Source: Nanopusillaceae archaeon
GTDB lineage: Archaea; Nanobdellota; Nanobdellia; Nanobdellales; Nanobdellaceae
NCBI GenBank assembly: GCA_049974095.1
Contig: JBMFJD010000004.1
Location: forward strand, 30,001 to 62,000
DNA length: 32,000 nucleotides
Direction of reading: 5' to 3'
A model generated the notes under the pieces. That model searched no databases. It saw only the letters and a program-made list of their open reading frames with translations, and was not told the origin of the DNA. The position numbers and the translations under genes are program-made. This document shows positions 22,470-31,276 of the stretch, piece after piece (the first letter of the stretch is position 1; every line of letters begins with the position of its first letter).

Positions 22470-22812
22470 ATATTTTTACTTCCTTTTCTTCATTTTTATC
22501 AATATTTTTTACATATAATAAAATATAATCATCTTGACTTGCATTTACTTTTGGTATTAAAACTTCTATATTTTGTTTTCTATATTTATCAATTGAAATA
22601 ACAATTGGAGAAATTAAATTATAATATAATCTAAATTTTAAGGCAATATATTGATCTTTAAAATATATATACTTCGTTCCTATTTCAAATTTCCTTATAT
22701 ATGGAGAATGATTCTTAATTGTTAATATAACTTTCTTTGAGTATTTCAAATTATCAACATCTGTAGATATATTTACTTCTACATCCCATCTATCTTCCAA
22801 TTCTTCCATCAT
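22462..22812 (-). CDS. Hypothetical protein (beta-rich, no recognised family)
   Basis: 116-aa ORF that overlaps pth2 (ATGA) upstream and rnp4 (8 nt) downstream, so it is probably co-translated with them. Confidence 0.5.
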   Translation of the reverse strand: MMEELEDRWDVEVNISTDVDNLKYSKKVILTIKNHSPYIRKFEIGTKYIYFKDQYIALKFRLYYNLISPIVISIDKYRKQNIEVLIPKVNASQDDYILLYVKNIDKNEEKEVKIYV

Positions 22813-23162
22813 AATAATTTTAATGTTCCTGTTATTTTATCAATCTTATCTTCATAATCTGGGCCTATACCTATGCATGTTATAGTACCTGGTTCTAATT
22901 GAGTTAAACCAGCATCCTTTATTAATACAGTATTTAATCCTTCATTTTTTGCTTTATTATATATATCCATTAATTTTTCTAAATTTTCTACATAAACAAC
23001 AACCTTCTTGGCTCCTTCTTCTCTCCATTTTTCTACAATTTCTTTATTTTTATTTAATTGCTCTAATACACACTCAACTGCAGCATGGGCTACTTGAACA
23101 CACAACTTTCCTTTTCCAATATCTAAATCTTTTCTAACTACAACTACTAATTTATAAACCAT
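22809..23162 (-). CDS. pth: Peptidyl-tRNA hydrolase, archaeal type (Pth2)
   Basis: 117 aa. KLVVVVRKDLDIGKGKLCVQVAHAAV and LIKDAGLTQLEPGT..C.GIGP are PTH2 signatures. Confidence 0.9.
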   Translation of the reverse strand: MVYKLVVVVRKDLDIGKGKLCVQVAHAAVECVLEQLNKNKEIVEKWREEGAKKVVVYVENLEKLMDIYNKAKNEGLNTVLIKDAGLTQLEPGTITCIGIGPDYEDKIDKITGTLKLL

Positions 23163-23514
23163 CTAATCCTTTTAATTTTTCTAATAAAAACTTTAATTTA
23201 TAATTATCTAGTTTTTCATTTATTATTTCTTCATCTAATTTTTTATATAAGTCATCTAATTTTTTATTTATTTCATTTAGAACAGAATATATATTCTTTA
23301 TTTCATTTTCTAAATTATTATATTTATTTTCAATCATATTTATTCTTTCGTCTCTTTTTTTATCTAATTCTTGAATATTTAAAATTTCACTTTTCATTTT
23401 ATTTGTTTCCTCTTTTACATCATCTACATATTTCTTTAAATTTTCTAATATCTCTTCATATTTATCAAAGTCCAATAACCTATTAATAATTTTATCATAA
23501 CCTAAATCATCCAT
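23152..23514 (-). CDS. Hypothetical coiled-coil protein
   Basis: 120 aa, K/E/N/L-rich with heptad character. It overlaps the pth2 start by 11 nt. Confidence 0.5.
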   Translation of the reverse strand: MDDLGYDKIINRLLDFDKYEEILENLKKYVDDVKEETNKMKSEILNIQELDKKRDERINMIENKYNNLENEIKNIYSVLNEINKKLDDLYKKLDEEIINEKLDNYKLKFLLEKLKGLDGL

Positions 23515-23549
23515 AAAAATACTTTTTATTTAGATATTAATAAATATGT

Positions 23550-24071
23550 ATGATAGCAAGATTGCATCAGACACTAAGTTTATTGTTATCATATTTATTA
23601 TTTTATTATATATTTTCTTTTGATAAAATATCTTCAATAATTATTGCAATATTTGTAGGCATTATTTCAACAATACCGGATTTTGATTATAAAATATTTA
23701 AGTGGAGTAATAAACAATATTTGTTTTTAAATAAAACAAAATTAAAATATCCTCTATTTCCATATTATTTATTTATATTATTTCTAATAAAAATATTTAA
23801 ACATAGAGGAATTACACATTCCATATTTCCAATAATTTTATTTTTTCTTCTAGGTTTTTTTACAATAAGACTTTTTTATTTATTTTCTCTAGCATTTTTA
23901 TTGCATATTATTGAAGATTCTTTAACAGTATCAGGTATTCAACCATTTTATCCATTATTAAATTTCAAATTTGTAATACCTATATTAAATAATAAAAAAC
24001 ATAGGAAATTACAGATATTTTTATCATATCTAACAATATTTATTTTTCTTTACTTTATTATTTTTTTATGA
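23550..24071 (+). CDS. Membrane-bound metal-dependent hydrolase, YdjM/DUF457-like
   Basis: 173 aa, polytopic. RGITHSI and LLHIIEDSLTVSGIQPFYP match the DUF457 His/Asp motifs. Confidence 0.6.
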   Translation: MIARLHQTLSLLLSYLLFYYIFSFDKISSIIIAIFVGIISTIPDFDYKIFKWSNKQYLFLNKTKLKYPLFPYYLFILFLIKIFKHRGITHSIFPIILFFLLGFFTIRLFYLFSLAFLLHIIEDSLTVSGIQPFYPLLNFKFVIPILNNKKHRKLQIFLSYLTIFIFLYFIIFL

Positions 24072-24598
24072 GAATATTTATTGCAATTGATTTACCAGAA
24101 AAAATAAAGGATGAAATATTTAATTTAGGGAAAAAAGTAAGAGGAATAAATGGAAAATATGTTGAAAGAGAAAATTTACATATAACATTAAAATTTATTG
24201 GAGATATACAACCAGATTTTGTAGAAAGGATAAAAGAAGTATTAAAAAATGTAAAATATAATAAATTTTATATTAGAATTGAAAAATTTGGTATGTTTAA
24301 TGAAAGAGTATTATGGTTAGGAATATCAAAGGGATTTGAAGATATAATTAATTTACATAACTTAATAGATAATGAATTGGTAAAATTAAAGATAGAAAGA
24401 GATTATGACTTCCATCCACATATTACTTTATACAGAATAAAAGGAATAAATAATAGAAAAGATCTTGAGGAATCATTAAAATATTTAGAAAAATATAGAT
24501 CTGAAGATATCATTGTTGATAAATTTTATATAAAACAAAGCATACTAAGACCACAAGGTCCTTTATATTTAAATGTAGAAGAATATAAACTATTATAA
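24068..24598 (+). CDS. thpR: RNA 2',3'-cyclic phosphodiesterase (2H phosphoesterase, ThpR/LigT)
   Basis: 176 aa. MRIFIAIDLP start and two HxTx motifs (LHITLKF, HPHITLYR). Confidence 0.85.
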   Translation: MRIFIAIDLPEKIKDEIFNLGKKVRGINGKYVERENLHITLKFIGDIQPDFVERIKEVLKNVKYNKFYIRIEKFGMFNERVLWLGISKGFEDIINLHNLIDNELVKLKIERDYDFHPHITLYRIKGINNRKDLEESLKYLEKYRSEDIIVDKFYIKQSILRPQGPLYLNVEEYKLL

Positions 24599-24623
24599 AG
24601 GTTATTGTAAAATATCATTAAAT

Positions 24624-24821
24624 ATGGCTAGTCAATTATTACCTGAATTAAAAGCAAGAAAATTCGATAGGATATTTATATGTAGAAAATGTGGAGCAAG
24701 AATTAGAGCAGATCCTGATAAAGTGAGAGCTGGATTAGTTAAATGTAGAAAATGCGGATCTAGAGCATTAAGACCAAAGAAATCAGAAATTGTATTGGTT
24801 GCTGGAAAAACTACTAAATGA
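24624..24821 (+). CDS. rpl40e: 50S ribosomal protein L40e (eL40)
   Basis: 65 aa. ICRKCGARIRA...CRKCGSRALRPKK zinc ribbon. Confidence 0.82.
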   Translation: MASQLLPELKARKFDRIFICRKCGARIRADPDKVRAGLVKCRKCGSRALRPKKSEIVLVAGKTTK

Positions 24822-25921
24822 ACTATCAGATAAATTTACCAACCTCATCAATATTAGAAATTATTTTAATTTTTTTAGTTTTAAATATAATTTTTATTAT
24901 ATTGAAAAAAATATATAAAGAAAATACTGATTATAAATTTATATACGGAATTTTCAGAACAAAAAAATATACAGAAATAATGGAAAAATTTTCTAATAGT
25001 TTTTATTCAAAATTTTTATCATTTTCTTCATTATTATTATCCCCAATAATTATTTTATCTTCATTATTTTTTCTTTTTTTAGGAATATTCACATATACCC
25101 CAACATATGTACCTTTAATTCCTGGAGCATCTTATGGACCTATATCAATTCCTATAGTTCAATCAATTATCGCAATATTTATTGCTGCATTTATTCATGA
25201 GTTTTCTCATGGTGTTTTAGTATTTAAAAATAAATTAAATTTAAAATCATGGGGTTTCTTTTATCTAGGTCCTTTAATAGGTGCATTTGTAGAACCTGAT
25301 GATAAGGAAATAGAGAAAATAAGTAAAAAAGAACAATTAAAAATTTATGGAGCAGGTTCTACTATAAATATTATTGCTGGAATACTCTTCTTAGGATTAT
25401 TTTTATTGTTTTCTCAATTAATTATCTCTTTTAATTTAGCAAAACCATATGTAAAAATAATAGGAACAATGCCAAATACCTATGTATATAATGTTATTCC
25501 AAATAATACTATATTATATACTATTAATAATTATTCAATTAGTTATGTAACACAAATTGGAGAAATTACTAAAAATATGAAACCTGGAGAATATGTTTAT
25601 TTATATACAAGTTCTGGAGATTATAATATTAAATTATCTGAAATTGATAATAAAACATTTATTGGAATTATTGTAGAACAAGAATATAGTTTTTCAAATC
25701 CATCTATTCCATTTACTTCATCATTATTATTTTGGCTATTTGTAATAGATATTGGTTTAGGAATTGGTAATATGTTACCAATATATCCTTTAGACGGAGG
25801 AAGAGCACTAAAATCTTTATTAGAAATGTATATTGATGAAAATAAAGTTAAAAAAATAATAAGTATTATATCTATACTAGTTATTTTATTAATAATATAT
25901 AATATTTCATTTATTCTTTAA
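24818..25921 (+). CDS. Site-2 protease family (M50) membrane metalloprotease
   Basis: 367 aa, polytopic. HEFSHG (HExxH) and NMLPIYPLDGG (NxxPxxxLDG) are present, with an inserted PDZ-like segment. Confidence 0.82.
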   Translation: MNYQINLPTSSILEIILIFLVLNIIFIILKKIYKENTDYKFIYGIFRTKKYTEIMEKFSNSFYSKFLSFSSLLLSPIIILSSLFFLFLGIFTYTPTYVPLIPGASYGPISIPIVQSIIAIFIAAFIHEFSHGVLVFKNKLNLKSWGFFYLGPLIGAFVEPDDKEIEKISKKEQLKIYGAGSTINIIAGILFLGLFLLFSQLIISFNLAKPYVKIIGTMPNTYVYNVIPNNTILYTINNYSISYVTQIGEITKNMKPGEYVYLYTSSGDYNIKLSEIDNKTFIGIIVEQEYSFSNPSIPFTSSLLFWLFVIDIGLGIGNMLPIYPLDGGRALKSLLEMYIDENKVKKIISIISILVILLIIYNISFIL

Positions 25922-26502
25922 TCACATCTTGTAGATTTTCTAATAAACAATTTATCAGTTAATAAATTATATATATCCCCTACATAATCTACTTTTCTTC
26001 TAATATCATAATTCTTAAATTCCATATATAACATATATTGATATATTTCAAATATAATTTCTCTAGCTTTTTCAGCAAATTCTATATTATTTTTTAACAT
26101 TTCTTCAATAGATTTTCTATATAATTCTCCAACAAAATCCATTAATCCCATAACATAAGGATATTCCTCTACTTCAATTTCATAATTCTTTATTATTTTA
26201 TTTTCAGTTATAAAATAATAAAATATCATTGCTTCTGCATATTCTTGTAAATTTACCTGTATATTATTATATAATGTTTTTTCTTCATTTACTATTTTTT
26301 CTAATTCTTCTTTTATTTTTTTCATTTCATTTATATAATTTTTAGCTGATTCTAAATCTCCTCTAATAGTAGAATATATTACTGATTTTGATAATCTATT
26401 TAATTTTATACCTAACTGTATTACTTTATCTCTTTTTTCTTCATATTGATTAAATTTATCTTTTAATTTATCAATATATTCTTTTTCTATCATCATTTTC
26501 AA
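25918..26502 (-). CDS. Translin-family protein (COG2178-like)
   Basis: 194 aa, all-helical. The pattern RD.VI.L.....R.SK..I......DL..A and ..EA...Y......Y..GL.D..GEL.R is typical of archaeal translin-like proteins. Confidence 0.55.
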   Translation of the reverse strand: MKMMIEKEYIDKLKDKFNQYEEKRDKVIQLGIKLNRLSKSVIYSTIRGDLESAKNYINEMKKIKEELEKIVNEEKTLYNNIQVNLQEYAEAMIFYYFITENKIIKNYEIEVEEYPYVMGLMDFVGELYRKSIEEMLKNNIEFAEKAREIIFEIYQYMLYMEFKNYDIRRKVDYVGDIYNLLTDKLFIRKSTRCD

Positions 26503-26541
26503 TCTATATTAAATAATCTTAAAAAGATAAATTATAAATGA

Positions 26542-27666
26542 TTAGAAATTAGAAAATAAATGTTTTATATACATAGTAGCAAAAGAACCTTTATTTAAAA
26601 TAAATGAAATTTCAATAATATCATTATTTATTTTATAATCCAATTCTTTTACTTCAGATAATAAATTTCTATTAGTAGATAATAAAGATAATGATGGCTT
26701 ATCCTTAAATTCCAATTCTTCAATATTTATATTTTCTTCTCCCAATATTTCTTTATATATTTCTTTATCTTTTATGTCATATCCTATCAATGGAAATATT
26801 TTATTTTTTAATTTGTCTATCTCTTCTTTATCTTTTATAATATAAAATTTTCCAATTTTTGTTTCAATATAATATTTATCTCCATAATTTTTTTCTATAT
26901 ATCTTGAAACTAATTTGTTCCATAGATATGATTGATATGAATGAACAAACATCTTTAATATTCTTTTAGGTATATATCTTAATGCTCTTCTGTAATTTAT
27001 TTCTTTTGATAAATATGTTAATAATGATCTCTCAATATCTAAGAAACTTGGATATAATTTTAATGCCTCTTTAAAATTTCCCCAATTTTCTAATAAATAT
27101 TTTCTAGCCTTAATTGATAATTCATTTTTTTCATTATTATAATCCGTTAAAAATATCTTTATTGCATTTTCAAAATCTCTTTTAATTATATATTTCCCAA
27201 TTATATGATTGTTATATCTATTTCCAAACCTTTGTTCATCAAAATAATTAAAATAATATTTATCAAATATTTTAATATTTTTTTCAAATAATTCTCTTTC
27301 TTTTTCATTTACTTCTCTTATTATTATTCTAAAATAATTATATTCTATATCAGAAATCCTTAATGGTTCATCATAAGATCCTACATATTTTAAATAAACA
27401 TTTCCAAAATTATATTCTTCTTTAAATTCGTTTAAATTTCTTATTGCTATATATTGCTCAGATATAGTATTTTTATCTTTTTCTCCAGCAAAATATATTT
27501 TCCTTTTTGATATATGTAATTTTCTTGCAATAATTTTTATTGCTTTTATTGTACTAATATTTTTCTTTCTCATTAAAAAGTATCTGAATGTTTCTCCCTC
27601 TTTCTTTTTATCCAAATCTATTATCTCTTTAACATAAAAATCCTCAGGTTTACTTTTTATTTTCAT
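26542..27666 (-). CDS. truD: tRNA pseudouridine synthase TruD/Pus7 family
   Basis: 374 aa. PEDFYVKEI, the catalytic FAGEKDKNTISEQY (GxKD) and FDEQRFG motifs are present. Confidence 0.85.
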   Translation of the reverse strand: MKIKSKPEDFYVKEIIDLDKKKEGETFRYFLMRKKNISTIKAIKIIARKLHISKRKIYFAGEKDKNTISEQYIAIRNLNEFKEEYNFGNVYLKYVGSYDEPLRISDIEYNYFRIIIREVNEKERELFEKNIKIFDKYYFNYFDEQRFGNRYNNHIIGKYIIKRDFENAIKIFLTDYNNEKNELSIKARKYLLENWGNFKEALKLYPSFLDIERSLLTYLSKEINYRRALRYIPKRILKMFVHSYQSYLWNKLVSRYIEKNYGDKYYIETKIGKFYIIKDKEEIDKLKNKIFPLIGYDIKDKEIYKEILGEENINIEELEFKDKPSLSLLSTNRNLLSEVKELDYKINNDIIEISFILNKGSFATMYIKHLFSNF

Positions 27667-27674
27667 CTTAATTT

Positions 27675-28817
27675 TTATATTTTAAATTCCCACTCCCACA
27701 TTTCTTTTGCTAATTTTCCATCATACATGAACTTCTCAATTTTAATGTTTTTTCTTCTTTCCTGTATCTCCTTTAAGAACTCCCATATTTTTTTAACAGT
27801 ATAATCTTTTAATTCTCCAGTAGTTAACTCTCCACTAATATATTTTTCTCTTATTTCTAATAATTTTTTATCGTCTTCTTCAAATAATACATATAACCAG
27901 AAATATGATACATCAATATCTGGATTTCCTCCATATTTTCTATGTTCTTCTAATGTTGCTCTTCCACCAGAAAATGCATATTTAAATATTTTATTTCTTA
28001 TTGTTTCATAATCATCATCAATAAATATTGCAGATTTTGGATCTGAAGCACTCATTTTTGTATATGGTCCCTGTAATCCCCAAACAAATTTAGATAATAT
28101 TGTTGCTGCTTTTTTATATCCAAATTTTGGAGCAATATCTCTTTGTAATCTAAAGTATGGATCCTGATCTATTCCACATGGAATTAATGGTATATTTTTC
28201 TCAAAAAATGTCGGAACAATTTGTAATGAAATATAGAATGGTAAACCAATAGTAGCACTATCATTGAATCCAAATACAGACTTTGCAGTATTTAAATTTA
28301 TTTCTCTTGCAATATATATTGCTGCTTTATATAAATGTTGAATATATTCAGAATCTATAAATATAAATGTTTTATCTGGATCATATCCAATTGAAGCAAT
28401 TGTTTTTGCATCTTCCAATGCATATTGATATGCTTCTTCATAATTATCTACTTTTTTCTCCCAATATTTTTCTTCATCTGGTATTTGTATATATACATTT
28501 ACATCGAATTTCTCTTGTAGCCATTTTGTTAAAATAAATGGAATTAAATGCCCTATATGCATTTTACTTTTTGAAGGTGCTCTTCCAGTATATAAGAAAA
28601 ACCTTTTACCATTTTCATATTCTCTTAAAACAATATCAAAATCTCTATGAGCATAAAAGAATTTTCTTCTTAATAATAGATGAGTATATCCAGCAATTTC
28701 TTCTACTTTATTTAATATATAATCATCAATTTCTTTTACTCCAAATAATTCTATTAATCTTTTATAATCTTCTTCTGATTTTATATTTACATCGTACATA
28801 TTAATTATATCATTCAT
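27675..28817 (-). CDS. trpS: Tryptophanyl-tRNA synthetase (archaeal/eukaryotic type)
   Basis: 380 aa. LYTGRAPSKSKMHIGHLIPF (HIGH), IQIPDEEKY and KMSAS motifs are present. Confidence 0.85.
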   Translation of the reverse strand: MNDIINMYDVNIKSEEDYKRLIELFGVKEIDDYILNKVEEIAGYTHLLLRRKFFYAHRDFDIVLREYENGKRFFLYTGRAPSKSKMHIGHLIPFILTKWLQEKFDVNVYIQIPDEEKYWEKKVDNYEEAYQYALEDAKTIASIGYDPDKTFIFIDSEYIQHLYKAAIYIAREINLNTAKSVFGFNDSATIGLPFYISLQIVPTFFEKNIPLIPCGIDQDPYFRLQRDIAPKFGYKKAATILSKFVWGLQGPYTKMSASDPKSAIFIDDDYETIRNKIFKYAFSGGRATLEEHRKYGGNPDIDVSYFWLYVLFEEDDKKLLEIREKYISGELTTGELKDYTVKKIWEFLKEIQERRKNIKIEKFMYDGKLAKEMWEWEFKI

Positions 28818-28889
28818 CCATAATAATTATTTATCAATAATTTAAAACTTAATATTATGTTTTAACTTTGAAAAACAAAAATATTATAT

Positions 28890-28973
28890 GCCGCGGTGCC
28901 CGAGTGGACCAAGGGGTCTGGCTCGAGACCAGATCCCCGAAAGGGGACGTGGGTTCAAATCCCACCCGCGGCG
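28890..28973 (+). tRNA. tRNA-Ser (anticodon CGA)
   Basis: Acceptor GCCGCGG/CCGCGGC, anticodon stem TCTGG/CCAGA, loop CTCGAGA, long variable arm TCCCCGAAAGGGGAC (class II), T-arm GTGGG-TTCAAAT-CCCAC, discriminator G. No CCA. Confidence 0.92.
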
Positions 28974-29534
28974 TTAAATAATGCTTTTTTGTATTTCTTC
29001 TTCAATATTTTTTAAATTCTCTCCTAATTCATATATTGAATCTCTTCCTTTTACAGTTATTAAATTTCTATCAACAAAATAATTATGATTTGTTATTAAT
29101 TTTACTCCAGAATTTTCGAAATATTTTAGATATTCTGGAAATTCGTCATAATTATATACAATTGATCTTCCAACCAAAAGACCAGATTTTAAAAATGCAA
29201 TTTGTGCTAATGAAGATAATATTACTGTTCTATATGAATTTAAAAATCTTGTAAATATAGATTGTATTTCTACATCCATAAATTCTTTGTATCCTCTATC
29301 TGCAATAAAAATTATTCTATCAAAATGATTTTCTTTCATTAAAAATATTTCATGTGTATCAAAATCTGGTAATACTTTGCTTTTATATCTTCCAATACTA
29401 ATTTCTCTTTTTGGAATTGCAACATAATTTCTTCCATCTAATATATCAAAAAAATTAAATAAATCATCATCATCAAATCCTCTTCTTGGTAATACTATTA
29501 AATTCATTTTCATAAAATATAATAAATACTTCAA
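28974..29534 (-). CDS. DJ-1/PfpI-fold (class I glutamine amidotransferase-like) protein, divergent
   Basis: 186 aa. By-eye fit to the family: LIVLPRRGFDDDDL..., FDRIIFIADRG, VILSSLAQIAFLKSGLLVGRSIV, FVDRNLITVKG. The probable start is MNLIVLP. Its stop codon abuts the tRNA-Ser 3' end. Confidence 0.4.
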   Translation of the reverse strand: MKYLLYFMKMNLIVLPRRGFDDDDLFNFFDILDGRNYVAIPKREISIGRYKSKVLPDFDTHEIFLMKENHFDRIIFIADRGYKEFMDVEIQSIFTRFLNSYRTVILSSLAQIAFLKSGLLVGRSIVYNYDEFPEYLKYFENSGVKLITNHNYFVDRNLITVKGRDSIYELGENLKNIEEEIQKSII

Positions 29535-29576
29535 TATTATTAAAATTTTTAATTTCCAAAATATCTTATCAAAGAT

Positions 29577-31253
29577 ATGTCAGATATTAAATTAGAAGAT
29601 TTAAGAAATGAAAAAATTGAGGATAATAAACATAAATTATTGGAAATAAAACTAATATTTGATAATCCAAATATAAGATTTGAACAGATATATTTCTGGT
29701 TATTAGATTTTATAAGGGATAGCTTAAAAATGAATATAAGTAAATTATCCGATGAATTTACATCTTCTGTAGGTTCTTTATTTTTTGGAGAAATGAGTCA
29801 AAGAGCAACTGCAGTATTAAATACTGCCAGATCATTGGGAGAATTATTTAATACATTGACAAGATCAATTATATCAATTTTAAGTGAATATAAACAGATA
29901 CAAACAAGGATTTTTCTATATGAAAAAATATTATCAAATGATAAAGATGAAGCATATAGTGCATATTTAACATTAAAAGATATATGGATAAATAATGTAG
30001 ATACAAATAGAGGTGCTGCAAGCTTAGCAAATATATCTAGGGGAAGATTAGGATTTGCAACTGCAATAGATTTATTTTATATTTCTGATCTAAAAAATGA
30101 ACTTGAAAAATTAAAAAATAAAGGAATTATTGGAGAATCTCTATTTAATAAAATATTTAACGAACAATATAATATACCAAGAGATTTAAATGAAATAAAA
30201 AATAAAGGAATAATAAATGAACAAATATATAATGTTGTAAATATTAGATTACAAGAATTTTATAACTGGTTAGAAATAAATAAGAAATATCTATATGATA
30301 GAAATAATTTATTAAAAGCATATTTAAGGCATCAATTGAGCTCTTTATTATATTATGTTGAATTTGCAAAACCATATTTCAAATTTGCAAGAAAATTATT
30401 ACAAAATCCTGAACAACCTATAGATGTTGTAAATGCATTAGAAACTGCAATTATTAACTTAACATTATTTTCTACTGGAAAAGAAACTAATGTAAAAGAG
30501 TATAATGAAAAAGAAGAAAAAGAAGGAGAAAAAACATATTTACCATTATATGAAATTGATATAACTGCAAGAGCATTACCAACATTAACTGGAAGAGTTG
30601 AAGGTACAAGAATGTATTCATTCATTGGAAGAGCTGATATATATTTAAGAGCATATATTGTAGAAAAAAGTGAATATGAAAATATATTAGTAAATCAGGA
30701 AGCAGAGGATTTGTTATATATTACAGGATTAACTGATGAATATTTAAAAGATATGTCTGATATAATTTTGGAGATGTTTTTATATGATATAATAAAAAAT
30801 GACGAAAAATTATTAAAATTAGTTGCAAATAGGTCAAATGCAAAACCTGATGAAATAAAAAACAATCCTTATAAAATAAAATGGACTAAAGAATTAATTG
30901 AAGAATTGGAAAAGAATGAAAGAATAAAAAAAGCAATGGGAAGTATAAGATGGATAAAAAAATATTTAGAATCTGAAAAAAAGGAAGAAAAAAATGAGGA
31001 GAAAAAAGAAGAAAAAGAAGGAGAATCCGGAATTCAATTAATATTTCCAAGTTTATCCAATATATTTATGAAAATATTTGAATTCATTACAACTTTTGGT
31101 AAAGACTTAAATGAAATTGGAAAGAATATAAAAAAGAAAAATATAGAAAATGAAAAGAAATATATTATGGATGATTTAAAGGATAAAACAATAGATACTG
31201 CCTGGAAAATTTATATGACATTTAAGAAAACATTTGGTATGTTAAATTATTAA
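29577..31253 (+). CDS. Large hypothetical, mostly alpha-helical protein with K/E-rich linkers
   Basis: An uninterrupted 558-codon ORF in AT-rich DNA. It has no signal peptide, TM segment or nucleotide-binding motif that I can see, and I recognise no family. Confidence 0.7.
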   Translation: MSDIKLEDLRNEKIEDNKHKLLEIKLIFDNPNIRFEQIYFWLLDFIRDSLKMNISKLSDEFTSSVGSLFFGEMSQRATAVLNTARSLGELFNTLTRSIISILSEYKQIQTRIFLYEKILSNDKDEAYSAYLTLKDIWINNVDTNRGAASLANISRGRLGFATAIDLFYISDLKNELEKLKNKGIIGESLFNKIFNEQYNIPRDLNEIKNKGIINEQIYNVVNIRLQEFYNWLEINKKYLYDRNNLLKAYLRHQLSSLLYYVEFAKPYFKFARKLLQNPEQPIDVVNALETAIINLTLFSTGKETNVKEYNEKEEKEGEKTYLPLYEIDITARALPTLTGRVEGTRMYSFIGRADIYLRAYIVEKSEYENILVNQEAEDLLYITGLTDEYLKDMSDIILEMFLYDIIKNDEKLLKLVANRSNAKPDEIKNNPYKIKWTKELIEELEKNERIKKAMGSIRWIKKYLESEKKEEKNEEKKEEKEGESGIQLIFPSLSNIFMKIFEFITTFGKDLNEIGKNIKKKNIENEKKYIMDDLKDKTIDTAWKIYMTFKKTFGMLNY

Positions 31254-31276
31254 ATTACGAAATTTCATAAATAATT

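Noticed and set aside
23548-23575. ATGATAG-11 nt-CAGA at the start of the YdjM-like ORF looked like a C/D half-site.
   Set aside because: The C box is imperfect, no C' or D box follows, and the ATG is simply the start codon of a well-supported membrane protein ORF. Several other in-CDS ATGATGA strings were dismissed for the same lack of correctly spaced CTGA boxes, for example near 14715, 20368, 25728, 26490 and 27372.
83-30625. Seventeen ORFs in the supplied track lie antisense to, or inside, well-supported genes: 83-316, 595-780, 2143-2421, 2863-3075, 6130-6312, 11072-11350, 12187-12495, 14339-14641, 16072-16344, 18331-18528, 18970-19401, 19646-19855, 20143-20370, 22949-23137, 28538-28804, 29036-29254 and 30353-30625.
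   Set aside because: Each is a shadow of a longer ORF with clear family signatures on the other strand. Their translations are low-complexity F/L/I/S strings, which is typical when K/E/N-rich AT-biased genes are read antisense. None shows a recognisable motif.
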